A stretch of 63,791 nt of DNA, filler included, from Octopus bimaculoides (taxonomy: Eukaryota), in the NCBI RefSeq assembly GCF_001194135.2. It is 7 parts of 7 records of this genome, joined end to end, with 100 filler letters (N's around TTAATTAATTAA, not from the genome) between each part and the next. Parts side by side here need not be neighbours in the genome. Positions count along the whole stretch, not along the records: positions 1 to 28,851 come from NC_068981.1; positions 28,952 to 47,472 come from NC_068986.1; 5 more parts are not named here. One strand, 5' to 3'. Below are positions 26,656 through 39,010 of this stretch, piece after piece. Made by a program: the position numbers and the translations under genes. The notes beneath the pieces were generated by a model. That model saw only the letters and a program-made list of their open reading frames with translations. It was not told the DNA's origin and made no database searches. Within the stretch, counting starts at the first letter, position 1. Each line of letters begins with the position of its first letter.

Positions 26656-26866
26656 ATATAATATATATATTCATATATACAAGCATATATATATATATGT
26701 GTGTGTGTGTGTGTATATATATATTCATATATTCAAACATATCTACATATATCTACATATATCTACATATATGTATATATATGAATATATATATATATAT
26801 ACATACGCATATATGTCTATATATGTATGTATAACCAATATTAATATATATATTTGTGTAGTAGTA

Positions 26867-26936
<70 letters not shown>

Positions 26937-27800
26937 CAAAGGAGCATGTGTTATACGTAAATCAATAAAAACCATACATACGTTGTATGTGTGAATGTGC
27001 GTGCATGTGTATGTATGTATGTATGTATGTATGTATGTATGTGTGTATGTGTGTATGTGTATGTATATAAACTTTTAACGTATAGCTAGATGAAATATAT
27101 AAAATGTCAGCTTTTAAATATATAAAAATAATATCCCCCGAAACTTCTTTATGTTACATGAAAATACTTAGAATATAGAAATTAGTCGTAAAATTGTGCT
27201 CATCCCATCGTATACAGGTAGACACTGAAATTAAAATTTCTAATAAAATCGCTCTAGATATTAAATTTTCAGACATGAGTTGAAACTTATCAGTCAAAAT
27301 GAATTTGGAAAGAGACATTGAGCGCAAATATCCTGTGTTTATAGCTTCCATTTCATTCTATCGGGAAGAGAAAAAGGGAAGAAAAATATTTCGCCACGTC
27401 TGTTTCTGTAAAACTGACTTTGTGTCAAAGTATAACAAATATCAGAGATATGTATAAAATGATAACGAAGAATATGTGAATTCATATGACGATCAGTTTG
27501 AAGAAATGTCTACTGTGTTAAGTGTGTTGTTTCCCAATATGTTGAAATGCACGCGCGCGCACACATTTCTATTACGTCTGCATCCATATATATTGAGCTT
27601 TTTGATTTGTAATGTAAAAATCTATTCATATTTGTATCAATGTATTCCGCTGAGGAAGTGTTGTGGATCTGCATCCAAGTTGCATTGTGAATACCCACTG
27701 CAGAGGATGCAAATAGCCACTATGATGAAACGAGTGTAGGGAACAAAGGGTATAAAGGCATCATGTGTTTACCATACGTTTTAATTTATATATATATATA

Positions 27801-28395
27801 TAATTAATTTATAAGTATAATAGGGCACACGAGGTATCAGCATTACTATGAAAAGCAATGTCCAAAAATCCTCTAAAAAACCACCAATCATTGGAAATGT
27901 AACAAGTACAACAGAAATCGAGGGACGAACAAAGAAATTAACTTATCATCTCGGCAAAAAGCCGTAGATTGAGGAAATAGATATCCCTGGATCAATTAAT
28001 TTCGAATTTTGAAAGCTTACCACCCTTAATTCTCATCAGCAGTTTTCACTACATACCAAGGGTTAAAAACTTTGCTCGTTTCGCTGTGCTTGTTAATCGT
28101 TGAAAAGCTATCGCCAAATCCAAAACGAAGTCGATGTATAAAATTACTAAATGGATATTCGAAAATATTTATATAGGTATTATTATCAATTATTATCATT
28201 AGTAAAATTACTATTAACAGCAATAATATAAGTGGCCAGCAAGCAAAAAATCGATAAATGGCAATTCCAAAATTCTATAATTAATTCATAATTATAATAG
28301 GGTACACGAGGTATTAGTATTGCTGTGAAAATCAGAGTCGAAAAATCCTCTAAAAGAACCACCATTCATGGGAAATGTAACAAGCACAATAAAAA
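27801..28395 (-). repeat. Two ~118-bp direct repeats (27801-27918, 28278-28395) spaced 477 bp apart, bracketing a hammerhead
   Basis: About 80% identity by eye: taattaatt.ataa.tataataggg.acacgaggtat.ag.att.ct.tgaaaa.ca..gtc.aaaaatcctctaaaa.aaccacca.tcat.ggaaatgtaacaag.acaa. Confidence 0.85.
27987..28042 (-). ncRNA. Minimal hammerhead ribozyme, family F, core intact
   Basis: Minus strand: CUG-CUGAUGA-GAAUU/AAUUC-GAAA-UUAAUUGA-UC|CAG. Helix III AUUAAUUGAU is self-complementary with G-U pairs. Helix I is 3 bp, followed by an internal loop and a distal GUAG/CUAU. Predicted cut AUC between 27990 and 27989. Confidence 0.75.
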
Positions 28396-28895
28396 GCAAT
28401 ACGTCTACCGCATCCACTCACTTGTTCAGCCCTAGACTATAGTAGAAGACACTTTCCCAAGGTGCCATGCAGTGGGACTGGACTCGGAACCATGTGGTTG
28501 TGAAGCAAGCCTCTTACTACATATCCATGGCTAGATCGCCATCGGTGTCGTCGGTGAGGATTGAGTTGTTCGCTAAATTGATTTACTTGTTCATTGGACT
28601 AGCATGTAAGTGACTGAGAGGTCCACTCACAAGTGCATTCTAAAACTCTATCGCAGAATCAAAGTGACACTGAGTAATACAAGCCTATGCCTTTGAATTG
28701 TGACTACAAACCAAACAATTCAACTCGTTTCGACGCAGGCTTTCTCTAGCTAATGTCACTCAGAAAGTACGTGTCAGCCCTATCTTATAGAAAAGAAGAT
28801 TTGCTGAAGTGTTACATTCAATATATATATACACATATATATATATATATANNNNNNNNNNNNNNNNNNNNNNNNNNNNNNNNNNNNNNNNNNNN

Positions 28896-28907
28896 TTAAT
28901 TAATTAA
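28896..28907. other. Assembly spacer TTAATTAATTAA inside a 100-bp gap (also 47517-47528, 51949-51960, 54669-54680, 56569-56580, 60835-60846)
   Basis: The identical 12-mer is centred between 44-N runs six times and has stops in all six frames. It is artificial. Confidence 0.95.
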
Positions 28908-29013
28908 NNNNNNNNNNNNNNNNNNNNNNNNNNNNNNNNNNNNNNNNNNNNCCAGCATGGCCGCAGTCAAAAGACTGAAACAAGTAAAAGTGTAAAAGTG
29001 TATATATATATAT

Positions 29014-29305
29014 CATCATCATCGTCATCGTTTAACGTCTGCTTTCCATGCTGGCATGGGTTGGACGGTTTGACTGAGGACTGGCGAGCCAGAAGGCTGC
29101 ACCAGACTCTAATCTGATCTGGCAAAGTTTCTACAGCTGGATGCCCTAACTAACACCAACCACTCTGAGAGTGTAGTTGGTGCTCTTACGTGCCGCCGGC
29201 ACGAGAGCCACTCAGGCGGAACTGGCAACAACCATGCTCAAAAGGTGTTTTTTACGTGCCACCTGCATGGGAGCCAGTCTGGCGGCACTGGCAACGACCA
29301 CGCTT
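29014..29305 (-). mobile_element. SINE 3' part ending in ...gacgttaaacgatgatgat (RTE-like tail); relatives at 34840-34945, 40135-40400, 43948-44030, 45400-45540, 49690-49990, 51567-51904
   Basis: Recurrent (atc)n-gtttaacgtc.gctttccatgct.gcatgggttggacg block. The RTE relationship of the tail is an inference. Confidence 0.75.
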
Positions 29306-29388
29306 ATATATATCTATATATAATGATAATATAAATATTATATAAATATATGCATATATACATACATATATGTACATACTTACATATA

Positions 29389-29553
29389 GGTGCAGGAGTG
29401 GCTGTGTGGTAAGTAGCTTGCTTACCAACCACATGGTTCTGGGTTCAGTCCCACTGCGTGACACCTTGGGCAAGTGTCTTCTACTATAGCCTCGAGCTGA
29501 TGAAAGCCTTGTGAGTGGATTTGGTTGACGGAAACTGAAAGAAGCCCATCGTA

Positions 29554-29594
<41 letters not shown>

Positions 29595-29812
29595 GTATGT
29601 GTGTGTACATGTTTGTGTGTCTGTTTTTGTCTCTCAACATCGCTTGACAACCGATGCTGGTGATTTACGTCCCCGTAACTTAGCGGTTCGGCAAAAGAAA
29701 CCAATAGAATAAGTACTAGGCTTACAAAGAATAAGTCCTGGGGTTGATTTCTTCGACTAAAGGTGGTGCTCCAGCATTGCCACAGTCAAATGACTGAAAC
29801 AAGTAAAAGAGA
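29389..29812 (+). mobile_element. Full-length tRNA-derived SINE with central microsatellite
   Basis: A box tggctgtgtgg (29399), B box ggttcagtccc (29442), internal (TA/TG)n, tail ccagcattgccacagtcaaatgactgaaacaagtaaaag. Partial copies at 121-180, 14630-14788, 28420-28530, 33300-33395, 37990-38345, 47165-47405, 47595-47750, 52005-52225 and 54457-54615. Confidence 0.85.
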
Positions 29813-29899
29813 TATATGTATTATGTACTTTGCTGAATACATGGAGTGTTCGTCTGGTATGTTGATTTTTTTGTTTATTTTTATGGATTGACCATACGT

Positions 29900-29954
29900 G
29901 TACTGATGAGTAAAGAGTGCATATTACTGCAATAATTACGAAATCATGATTTAC
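29900..29954 (+). ncRNA. Minimal hammerhead ribozyme, family G, fully canonical
   Basis: GUA-CUGAUGA-GUAA(..UGCA/UGCA..)UUAC-GAAA-UCAUGA-UU|UAC. It has G10.1-C11.1, the perfect helix III palindrome AUCAUGAU and a 3-bp helix I. Predicted cut AUU between 29951 and 29952. Confidence 0.8.
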
Positions 29955-30402
29955 TGTTTAGTTTGTTTTTAGGGGTCTAGCTTTGAGAGTTGAATTCCCT
30001 CGCGTTCGGTAAAAATGTGTTTATTATGGTAGTTTGACTTTAGAGTCCCTCTTAGCGTGAGGCATTTATGTATTGTAATGCCCTTAAATAAATAAATAAA
30101 TATATATCCATGCATATATGGGTACAGGACATCAAAAAAACATGGACAGAATGAGAAACGAGAACATAAAAAACAAAAACATAGAAAACAAACTTTTTTC
30201 GAACAATGAAAAAAACAAACAAACAGAGAAACAAGACATGCAACATAAAGAACATTCCCTTCATCAGTTGTTCCCTGTTTTATCTATTCCGCATTTCGAA
30301 GGTAAGGACAAGATGTGACTTCGTTAAAACAGTCCTTCTTGCAAAGCAAAATAAAATTTGGGATAACAATAACAACAAGAACAGGTTTGAAATTCCCCCC
30401 AA

Positions 30403-30446
30403 GACACCTGATGAAGGCTGGAGGGTATATCAGCCGAAACGTGTTG
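30403..30446 (+). ncRNA. Family D hammerhead copy lacking the cleavage triplet
   Basis: GACAC-CUGAUGA-A-GGCUGG/UCAGCC-GAAAC-GUGUU. It is 3 nt shorter than the 10335 copy and has no NUH site. Confidence 0.65.
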
Positions 30447-30869
30447 ACAACAAACAAGATGAGGACAAATAGCCGTCAATTGTAAATAATGTAAATAATG
30501 TTATTTCTCCTAGCTCATTTTTCTTTAAATTATGCAAACTAATTGGGCCATATCTGTTTTCTATTCCGTTTTGTATAAGTCTAAGTCCTTTGGCTACTGG
30601 TGATAAGGTTGAACAAGTGTTGTTCTGATGAAGGTTATTGAACCAGAAACACATGTCCTCTCATCTCCAGACAATAAGCCTGTCCTTTTTCTTGTTGGCA
30701 TGGAGATTATCTCCCTTTCTCAAGCAGAGCTTGTCATAATTGCCTCTTCATTATTATGATACATCTTCTAGAGCTGGAGGAGGAGATGATGATGATGATG
30801 TGGCATTGGGGTCAGAAGAATTAAGCGCAAAGAACACTTGAGCTTTCAAGTAGTAGTCAATGTGAGTGC

Positions 30870-31250
30870 TCACTAGCTAGAGTAAGAAAAGAGTGGAAAA
30901 AGTTCAGGGAGTCACTGCCTCTGCTGGCAACAAAGGACTTCGGTCTCTGAGTGAAAAGCAGACTGTATGATGCTTGTATGTAAAGTACAATTACAATGAA
31001 TGCAGAGGATTTAGAAAGGTTGGAAAGAAATGTTCTGTTGGATGTGAACTGACAGATGGCACAGTACAAATGACCTAAGGGAAAAAATGTGCCTAAGAAG
31101 TATCAGGTGTAGTTTGCAAGAGAAAAGATGCATATGGATGAAAACAGTTGCATAAACAAGGGCTTCACAATCAAAGTAGGAGAGGATAAAATGGTGAAAA
31201 CTGATCTCAAGATGATGAACCTCACAAAAGAGACAACAAAGGACAGGCCA
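30870..31250 (+). mobile_element. Decayed RTE-clade LINE fragment (post-RT C-terminal region)
   Basis: WKKFRESLPLLATK-like start, EDLERLERN, and DLKMMNLTKETTKDR near the end. Homologous to 41820-42170. Confidence 0.7.
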
Positions 31251-34200
31251 GTTGGTGACATGTTGTGCTGGGAAAAACCTGTTCTTTCAGGCAACCCTGG
31301 CAGAGAGAACAGAAACAAAGAGAATGGCTGGGGTATTCTTATTGCATCACCCTATGCTCCCCCTCTGTTTCCCTTTCTCTTGGGATACTTTTGCTGCATT
31401 CATCCTTTGCTCTCTCTCTCTCTCCTCAGCTCTATGGCTTCCTCCAGCATCTCTTTTCTTTCACTGCCTTCATTGCATTTACTCACTTCTCCCCCACTCC
31501 CACCTCTCTTTCTCTCATTGTCATCTCCTCGCAGTTTCAGCACAATCTCAAAGTACTTCCATTTCCAGGACAGTGGTATCGTTGTCTACACAAACGCTAG
31601 CCAAAAGAAGGCCATCTGGCTGATTGGTAGAGATTCACTAACACTGTAGCCTCTGGTCCACATAAACGTTGTCTTCTCTCTGTGCATATTCTACCACTGT
31701 CTTTCCACACTAGCCATAATGCTCATTCCTTGTCTCCAGAGTGTCACTTCTCTCGAATACTCTCTTCATCTCCAGTCATGAGACGTCAGTTTAAAGATGT
31801 TTAAGCTGAACACAATCCACGTCAATCTAACCAGTCTGACAGGACTTGCCACTGTCTTATCTTTCTAACACCATACAAAAAAGATGAACTAATTTATGTT
31901 GGAGAAGAAGGTTGTACAGCTAGCATAGTAATGGTAGAATCCATATTAAAAAAAGGAATGGAAACTGTTTAGAGAGCTATAATCTCTGTTGACATTAAAT
32001 AGTTTCTCTGTCTGAAAGGTAAACTTTTTTTCTTTTATCTTGAGCTTGTAGTCCCATTAGACCTGAGCTTATGATTTTCTTGATGTTTAAGCAATTAAGA
32101 TTACAACAGTCTTAGTACAAAAGCATCTATCTGTTTCAAGTTTATTTCACTCAGCAGTCAAAAGAACTCATTTTTAATATGTAGACTGAAGCATTGTGAA
32201 GTAAAGTAAAGAAAATTGAGCTTACAGTCTAATTATTGTGGACCCAATGCTATGAGTTGTTACAAGGCAGACTATTATGTATGTATAACAAGTGACATGA
32301 TATGTTGTGACGCGAATATTGAATACAGACGTTGGAAAGAAATGAATAGAGATTGAAACCATTATGTGCGTTACTTAAATGTGGAGGTGCTAGGTGAAAA
32401 TATACTAAAAGAGGTAGGAGAGATAACTGTGCTACTGTTCATTATAGTTACCTCCCTTTATAATTTTCTTGTGAGGAGCTACTCAAGGGAAGCAATTTTT
32501 GTTTTATTCTTAACAATCACGATATATATTTGAAACCAAAGCTAGCTGCTGTGGAGGGCTCTTCATTGTGCCTTAGACCCAACAATGACATTTCATGCAT
32601 TGAGTACATATTGAATTTTATTAAATTTGACCAACATTTTTCAAGCAATAAACAATTTTCATCAAAGCAATGATATAATTTGTTGACTTGGAACTTATTG
32701 CAAAGCTGCATGATAAACATTTTTTTCATCCCATTCAGGGGTCAGTACAATCTTTTTTCTATTTAACCTCTATCTTTTTCTCTCTCTCTGTTTCTGCTGA
32801 TTGTTTTCAACCATCACCATCACCAGTACCACCGCCACCACAGCTGCCATACAAACACCATTCAGACTTCTGACGCCACCACTCTCAATACCTTTGACTT
32901 CACCACCTTCCCCTCCACCACTATCACCACTGTCTTTTACACGGCTTACTATCACTATGATCCTTGACCACCACCATTTGGCCCTTGAGTACATTTAGCA
33001 GAGTCCTTTCTGTTGCAAATTTTCAGATTAGGTCATCAAACACAGAAAATCACATCAGGCACAGAAACCTATGGCTGGGCACAGAAGTTCACACCACATG
33101 TTGAAGCTCACACAAGACATGTGTTTAGAATTTCACACTAGACACAGAGGCTCACTCCTTACATAGAGACTAACACCAGTCAAAGGAGTTCACTCTGACA
33201 AGAACTTTTCCTCCTCTCATTATGCTATTAACTCTAAACTTTCCCCAAAAGATATTTTATTAAACAAAGCGAATGTAAATTGTTAACCCTTTAGCATCTA
33301 AACAAGCCACCTTGGGCAAGTGTCTTCTACTATAGCCTTTGGCCAACCAAAGCCTTGTGAGTGGATTTGGTAGATGGAAAATGGAAAGAGAGCATTGTAT
33401 GTATATATATATATATATATAAATAATTTATATAAAGGGCAGTTAACTGTGTAGTAATGCCTCACGCTTCAAGGGACTAAATAAGTCAAAAACTACCAAA
33501 AAATAAGCAACATATTTACTGAAAGCGAGGGAATGCAGCTTTCAAAATTTATCNNNNNNNNNNNNNNNNNNNNNNNNNNNNNNNNNNNNNNNNNNNNNNN
33601 NNNNNNNNNNNNNNNNNNNNNNNNNNNNNNNNNNNNNNNNNNNNNNNNNNNNNNNNNNNNNNNNNNNNNNNNNNNNNNNNNNNNNNNNNNNNNNNNNNNN
33701 NNNNNNNNNNNNNNNNNNNNNNNNNNNNNNNNNNNNNNNNNNNNNNNNNNNNNNNNNNNNNNNNNNNNNNNNNNNNNNNNNNNNNNNNNNNNNNNNNNNN
33801 NNNNNNNNNNNNNNNNNNNNNNNNNNNNNNNNNNNNNNNNNNNNNNNNNNNNNNNNNNNNNNNNNNNNNNNNNNNNNNNNNNNNNNNNNNNNNNNNNNNN
33901 NNNNNNNNNNNNNNNNNNNNNNNNNNNNNNNNNNNNNNNNNNNNNNNNNNNNNNNNNNNNNNNNNNNNNNNNNNNNNNNNNNNNNNNNNNNNNNNNNNNN
34001 NNNNNNNNNNNNNNNNNNNNNNNNNNNNNNNNNNNNNNNNNNNNNNNNNNNNNNNNNNNNNNNNNNNNNNNNNNNNNNNNNNNNNNNNNNNNNNNNNNNN
34101 NNNNNNNNNNNNNNNNNNNNNNNNNNNNNNNNNNNNNNNNNNNNNNNNNNNNNNNNNNNNNNNNNNNNNNNNNNNNNNNNNNNNNNNNNNNNNNNNNNNN

Positions 34201-34274
34201 NNNNNNNNNNNNNNNNNNNNNNNNNNNNNNNNNNNNNNNNNNNNNNNNNNNNNNNNNNNNNNNNNNNNNNNNNN

Positions 34275-34555
34275 AGCACTCCACAGACACGTGTACCCTT
34301 AACATAGTTCTCGGAGATATTCAGTGTGACACAGTGTGACAAGGCTGACCCTTTGAATTACAGGCACAACAGAAACAGGAAGTAAGAGTGAGAGAAAGTT
34401 GTGGTGAAAGAGTACAGCAGGGTTCGCCACCATCCCCTACCGGAGCCTCATGGAGCTTTTAGGTGTTTTCGCTCAATAAACACTCACTACGCCTGGTCTG
34501 GGAGTCGAAACCGTGAGTCCGCTGCCCTAACCACTGGGCCATTGCGCCTCCACTT
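34275..34555 (-). mobile_element. tRNA-derived SINE (second family)
   Basis: Minus-strand head gtggaggcgcaatggcccagtggttagggcagcggactc..gtttcgactcccag with A and B boxes. Confidence 0.7.
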
Positions 34556-35089
34556 AGATTATACACACACACACATATTTTCTGTAACTTCTATAATAGA
34601 CATACAAATAGTGCAAGTTATGTAGATTTAATCTGAAAAAAAAAAAGAAAGACTTATGAATAACCTTCATAAATTTTTGAATGTTCTTGAGTTCCCTTCA
34701 AAGAATGTCTACATCATTTGACCAATCCCAAATCATTAAGTAAGCAACCTGTATACATAGACAACAAATCCAGTCGCTTCAGAGAACTGGAGCAACTAAT
34801 TTGCATACTATAAGAATTATATATATGTATACGTATATATCATCATCATCGTTTAACGTCTGCTTTCCATGGTAGCATGGGTTGGACGATTTGACTGAGG
34901 ACTGGTGAACCAGATGGCCACACCAGGCTCCAATCTGATTTGTAATATATGTATATATATATATATATATATAATTATATACATACAAGAATAAGGGCAG
35001 GGAATCGTCAATTAGTAATAGAATTGATAATTAACAATTTTGCCAAGTAGTTCAGTATGAAAAAACCTTTATCGGTAAAACCATTTATC

Positions 35090-35379
35090 ATCATAAATAT
35101 ACAGGGATTAGCATTGAGTTGCTTCTCCAACATACTGAAAATTTAGAAATAGCAGTCAAAGAACTACTGATTCTAAACTACAAATTTTTCTCTAAATGGA
35201 TGGCGATATTTATGGCACACATAGAACAAAAAACTGGAGGGGAAAGCATAAACAAAACAAGTCTTTAGTTAATCGGATACGATCGTTTCATGGTTAAGAG
35301 AATGAAAAATCCCTATTCCAATCCAAATTTTCAGTATGTTGGAGAAGCAACTCAATGCTAATCCCTGTATATTTATGAT
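35090..35379. repeat. Perfect 55-bp inverted repeat (35090-35144 / 35325-35379)
   Basis: atcataaatatacagggattagcattgagttgcttctccaacatactgaaaattt and its exact reverse complement. The right arm abuts a gap. Confidence 0.9.
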
Positions 35380-37084
35380 NNNNNNNNNNNNNNNNNNNNN
35401 NNNNNNNNNNNNNNNNNNNNNNNNNNNNNNNNNNNNNNNNNNNNNNNNNNNNNNNNNNNNNNNNNNNNNNNNNNNNNNNNNNNNNNNNNNNNNNNNNNNN
35501 NNNNNNNNNNNNNNNNNNNNNNNNNNNNNNNNNNNNNNNNNNNNNNNNNNNNNNNNNNNNNNNNNNNNNNNNNNNNNNNNNNNNNNNNNNNNNNNNNNNN
35601 NNNNNNNNNNNNNNNNNNNNNNNNNNNNNNNNNNNNNNNNNNNNNNNNNNNNNNNNNNNNNNNNNNNNNNNNNNNNNNNNNNNNNNNNNNNNNNNNNNNN
35701 NNNNNNNNNNNNNNNNNNNNNNNNNNNNNNNNNNNNNNNNNNNNNNNNNNNNNNNNNNNNNNNNNNNNNNNNNNNNNNNNNNNNNNNNNNNNNNNNNNNN
35801 NNNNNNNNNNNNNNNNNNNNNNNNNNNNNNNNNNNNNNNNNNNNNNNNNNNNNNNNNNNNNNNNNNNNNNNNNNNNNNNNNNNNNNNNNNNNNNNNNNNN
35901 NNNNNNNNNNNNNNNNNNNNNNNNNNNNNNNNNNNNNNNNNNNNNNNNNNNNNNNACATATTTACTTATATATATATATATATATATATATCCGCACACA
36001 CACACACACACACATATATATACACACACACACACACATATATGTATATATATATATATATAAATGACACACACACATGTACTCCACTGAATTTTTATAG
36101 CATACAAATTAGTTGCCCCAGTTCTGTGAAGCGACTGGATTTATCACCTATATAAACAAATTGGTTACTCATTTATCTGGGATTGGCCAAATGATGTGAA
36201 CAGACACACATATACACACACACATACCTAACACTCACAATCCCACATACACACACAAGTATGCACGTCCATACACACCCGCACACACCCACATACACAT
36301 ATACACGCACACACACACACGCACACATACACACACACACGTGCATGCACATATACCTCCACACACACACGCAAATGAACCCACACATAACTCCTACACA
36401 CACACATAACACAACATACACACACACACACGTGCTCTTATTACACACACACACACACACACACAGACCCGCACGTACGCACACATACATTCCTCCTTCT
36501 CTTGCACTCTTCTGTCTTAGAAAGAACTTTTTCTTCACCCATTNNNNNNNNNNNNNNNNNNNNNNNNNNNNNNNNNNNNNNNNNNNNNNNNNNNNNNNNN
36601 NNNNNNNNNNNNNNNNNNNNNNNNNNNNNNNNNNNNNNNNNNNNNNNNNNNNNNNNNNNNNNNNNNNNNNNNNNNNNNNNNNNNNNNNNNNNNNNNNNNN
36701 NNNNNNNNNNNNNNNNNNNNNNNNNNNNNNNNNNNNNNNNNNNNNNNNNNNNNNNNNNNNNNNNNNNNNNNNNNNNNNNNNNNNNNNNNNNNNNNNNNNN
36801 NNNNNNNNNNNNNNNNNNNNNNNNNNNNNNNNNNNNNNNNNNNNNNNNNNNNNNNNNNNNNNNNNNNNNNNNNNNNNNNNNNNNNNNNNNNNNNNNNNNN
36901 NNNNNNNNNNNNNNNNNNNNNNNNNNNNNNNNNNNNNNNNNNNNNNNNNNNNNNNNNNNNNNNNNNNNNNNNNNNNNNNNNNNNNNNNNNNNNNNNNNNN
37001 NNNNNNNNNNNNNNNNNNNNNNNNNNNNNNNNNNNNNNNNNNNNNNNNNNNNNNNNNNNNNATTTGCTAATGTTTTATAAATAT

Positions 37085-37960
37085 AAGAATAGTTTTATTC
37101 ATCAAAGTATGCATCCATATTGTCAATATACTTTTGCCATTTCAGCGGTAGCTTGTCCAGCCCATCACTGTAAAAGCCTGGCAATCTAGAGTCAATAAAA
37201 TCTCAGAAAGCCTGTTTTACAGCATTTGTTGGAACTAAATATTTCTTCCTATCAAAAAGTTATCCAAATTCTGGAAGAAGTGGTGGTCAGTAGGGGGGGG
37301 GGAAGATCAGGTGAGTATGGTGGATGATGGAAAACTTTCAACTCCAACTCCTATAGTTTGGCTTTCAGTTTTGCGATGTGTGGTCTGGCGTTGTCTTGCA
37401 ATAAAATAGAAGTAGATCTATTGATTAATCTAGGCTGTTTTTTTGTAAGTTTTTGCATCATTTGGTCCAGTTGGCTGCAGTATACTTTGGCTGTGATTGA
37501 TGAGCCAGGTTTAATGAAATCATTATGGATCACACCAGCACCAGACCACCAAACAAAAACCATCAGCTTCTTTTGATGAATTCTGCTTTTTGGACTGTGT
37601 TTTGGTGGCTTATCTTTGTCCAACTATTGTGCTGAATGTTTATGGTTGTTGTATTGGATCCATTTCTCATCACATGTTACAATTCAATTCAAAAGTGATT
37701 CATTTTTGTGACGAGAAAGTAGCATAATGTAGGCTTCCAAATGTTGCTGTTTCTGATTTTCATTGAGTTTATGTTGAACCCACTTATCTAACTTTTTCAC
37801 TTTACTGATTTGAACTAGGTGAGTCAATATTGTTTGCTTGCTAACACCAAACATCAATGATAATTCATGGGTACTTTGCGATAGATCTGACTCGACAGTG
37901 GCTTTCAGTTTGTCATATCCACCTTTGTTTCTGGTCAACCACATTGCTCATTTGTAAGGA
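37085..37960 (-). mobile_element. Decayed mariner transposase (Hsmar1/cecropia-like)
   Basis: VKKLDKWVQHKL, IVTCDEKWIQYNN, HQKKLMVFVWWSGAGVIH, ILLQDNARPH, PTDHHFFQNLDNFL, KLPLKWQKYID. Contains stops and deletions. Confidence 0.92.
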
Positions 37961-38854
37961 CAAAGTAGACAGAAACTGAAAGAAGCTCATCATGTATGTG
38001 TGTGTGTGTGTGTGTGCGTGCGTGTGTGTGTGTCAATTCTTTGTGTCTGTGTTTATTCCCCATCACTGTTTGAAACTGGTATTGGTGTATTTATGTCCCC
38101 ATAACTCAGTGGTATGGCAAAAAGGATTGATTGAATATCGAATATGTTCCAGGCTGTAAAAGGAAAAAAAAAAATTACTGGGGTTGATTTCTGTGACTAA
38201 AAGTTCTTCAAGGCAGTGCCCCAGCATGGCTGTAGTCTAATGACTGAAACAAGTAAAAGATAAAAGATAAAAGATATATGTATATATATATATAGGTGAT
38301 ACTCCAGCATGGCTGTAGTCTAATGACTGAAACAAGTAAAAGAATAAAAAGAGTAAAAAAATATGTTTGTATAGTGTAGTTGGGTAGTTTGCATAAAGGG
38401 AAAGAAAACACAATATCATATCCAAAAATAAGAGTATTCTAAAATAAAAATCAAAAAATATCAACTAGATTATAGCTGTGAGTAGCTGCCCTCAGCTTCC
38501 ACATGGCCTCAAGACAGGCCTAGAACCTGGCACATGGATTTCTCACTGTGTCCCTGGGACGCGTCCTTGACCTTGGCTGTCAGCTTAACCTTAGTGTTGC
38601 AGGGACATAGTCAATGTCTTTCTCAGCTGTACCCCACACATAGTAATCTATGGAATTATTACAATTGGGGGAAATAGGAGGCCAGAAATTAGAAGTTTGC
38701 TCCCCAACCACTGCACTTTTTTGTGGGGTTTAGTCTCTTGAGCAAGTGTCTGCTGCTACTGACTGAAGCTGACCAAAGTTTCGAGAGTGGATTTTGTAAA
38801 CTAAAATTGAAAGAAGTGATTGTGTGTGTGTGTGTGTGTGTTTGCATGTGTGTG

Positions 38855-39010
38855 TCTTTACGTTCCAATTCAGATTCCGCTGAGGCTGACTTTGCCTTTC
38901 ATCCTTTTGGGGTCGATTAAAATAAGTACCAGTTGAGCACTGGGGTTGATGTAATCGACTTACTTCTCTCTGAAATTGCTGGCATTGAGCTAGAATTTGA
39001 AGCCAATAAT
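38855..39010 (+). mobile_element. tRNA-derived SINE with CORE-like block (relatives at 4385-4572 and 15520-15620, minus strand)
   Basis: gactttgcctttcatccttttggggtcgattaaaataagtaccag block following a B-box-like ttcagattcc. The CORE assignment is from recalled similarity. Confidence 0.6.

Noticed and set aside
29389-29460. tRNA-like heads here and at 4197, 34555, 54457 and 63465
   Set aside because: They continue into SINE bodies and lack a complete cloverleaf, so they are not tRNA genes.
30230-30330. Minus-strand CUGAUGA plus an upstream GAAA in a repeat
   Set aside because: No consistent helix set could be built. At best it is heavily decayed.
30625-30657. CUGAUGA-A-GGUU(auug)AACC-A-GAAA-CACAU-GUC hammerhead-like core
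   Set aside because: Helix I cannot form next to the core (UUGUU vs CUCUC). It may be chance or a decayed copy and is worth including in a formal scan.
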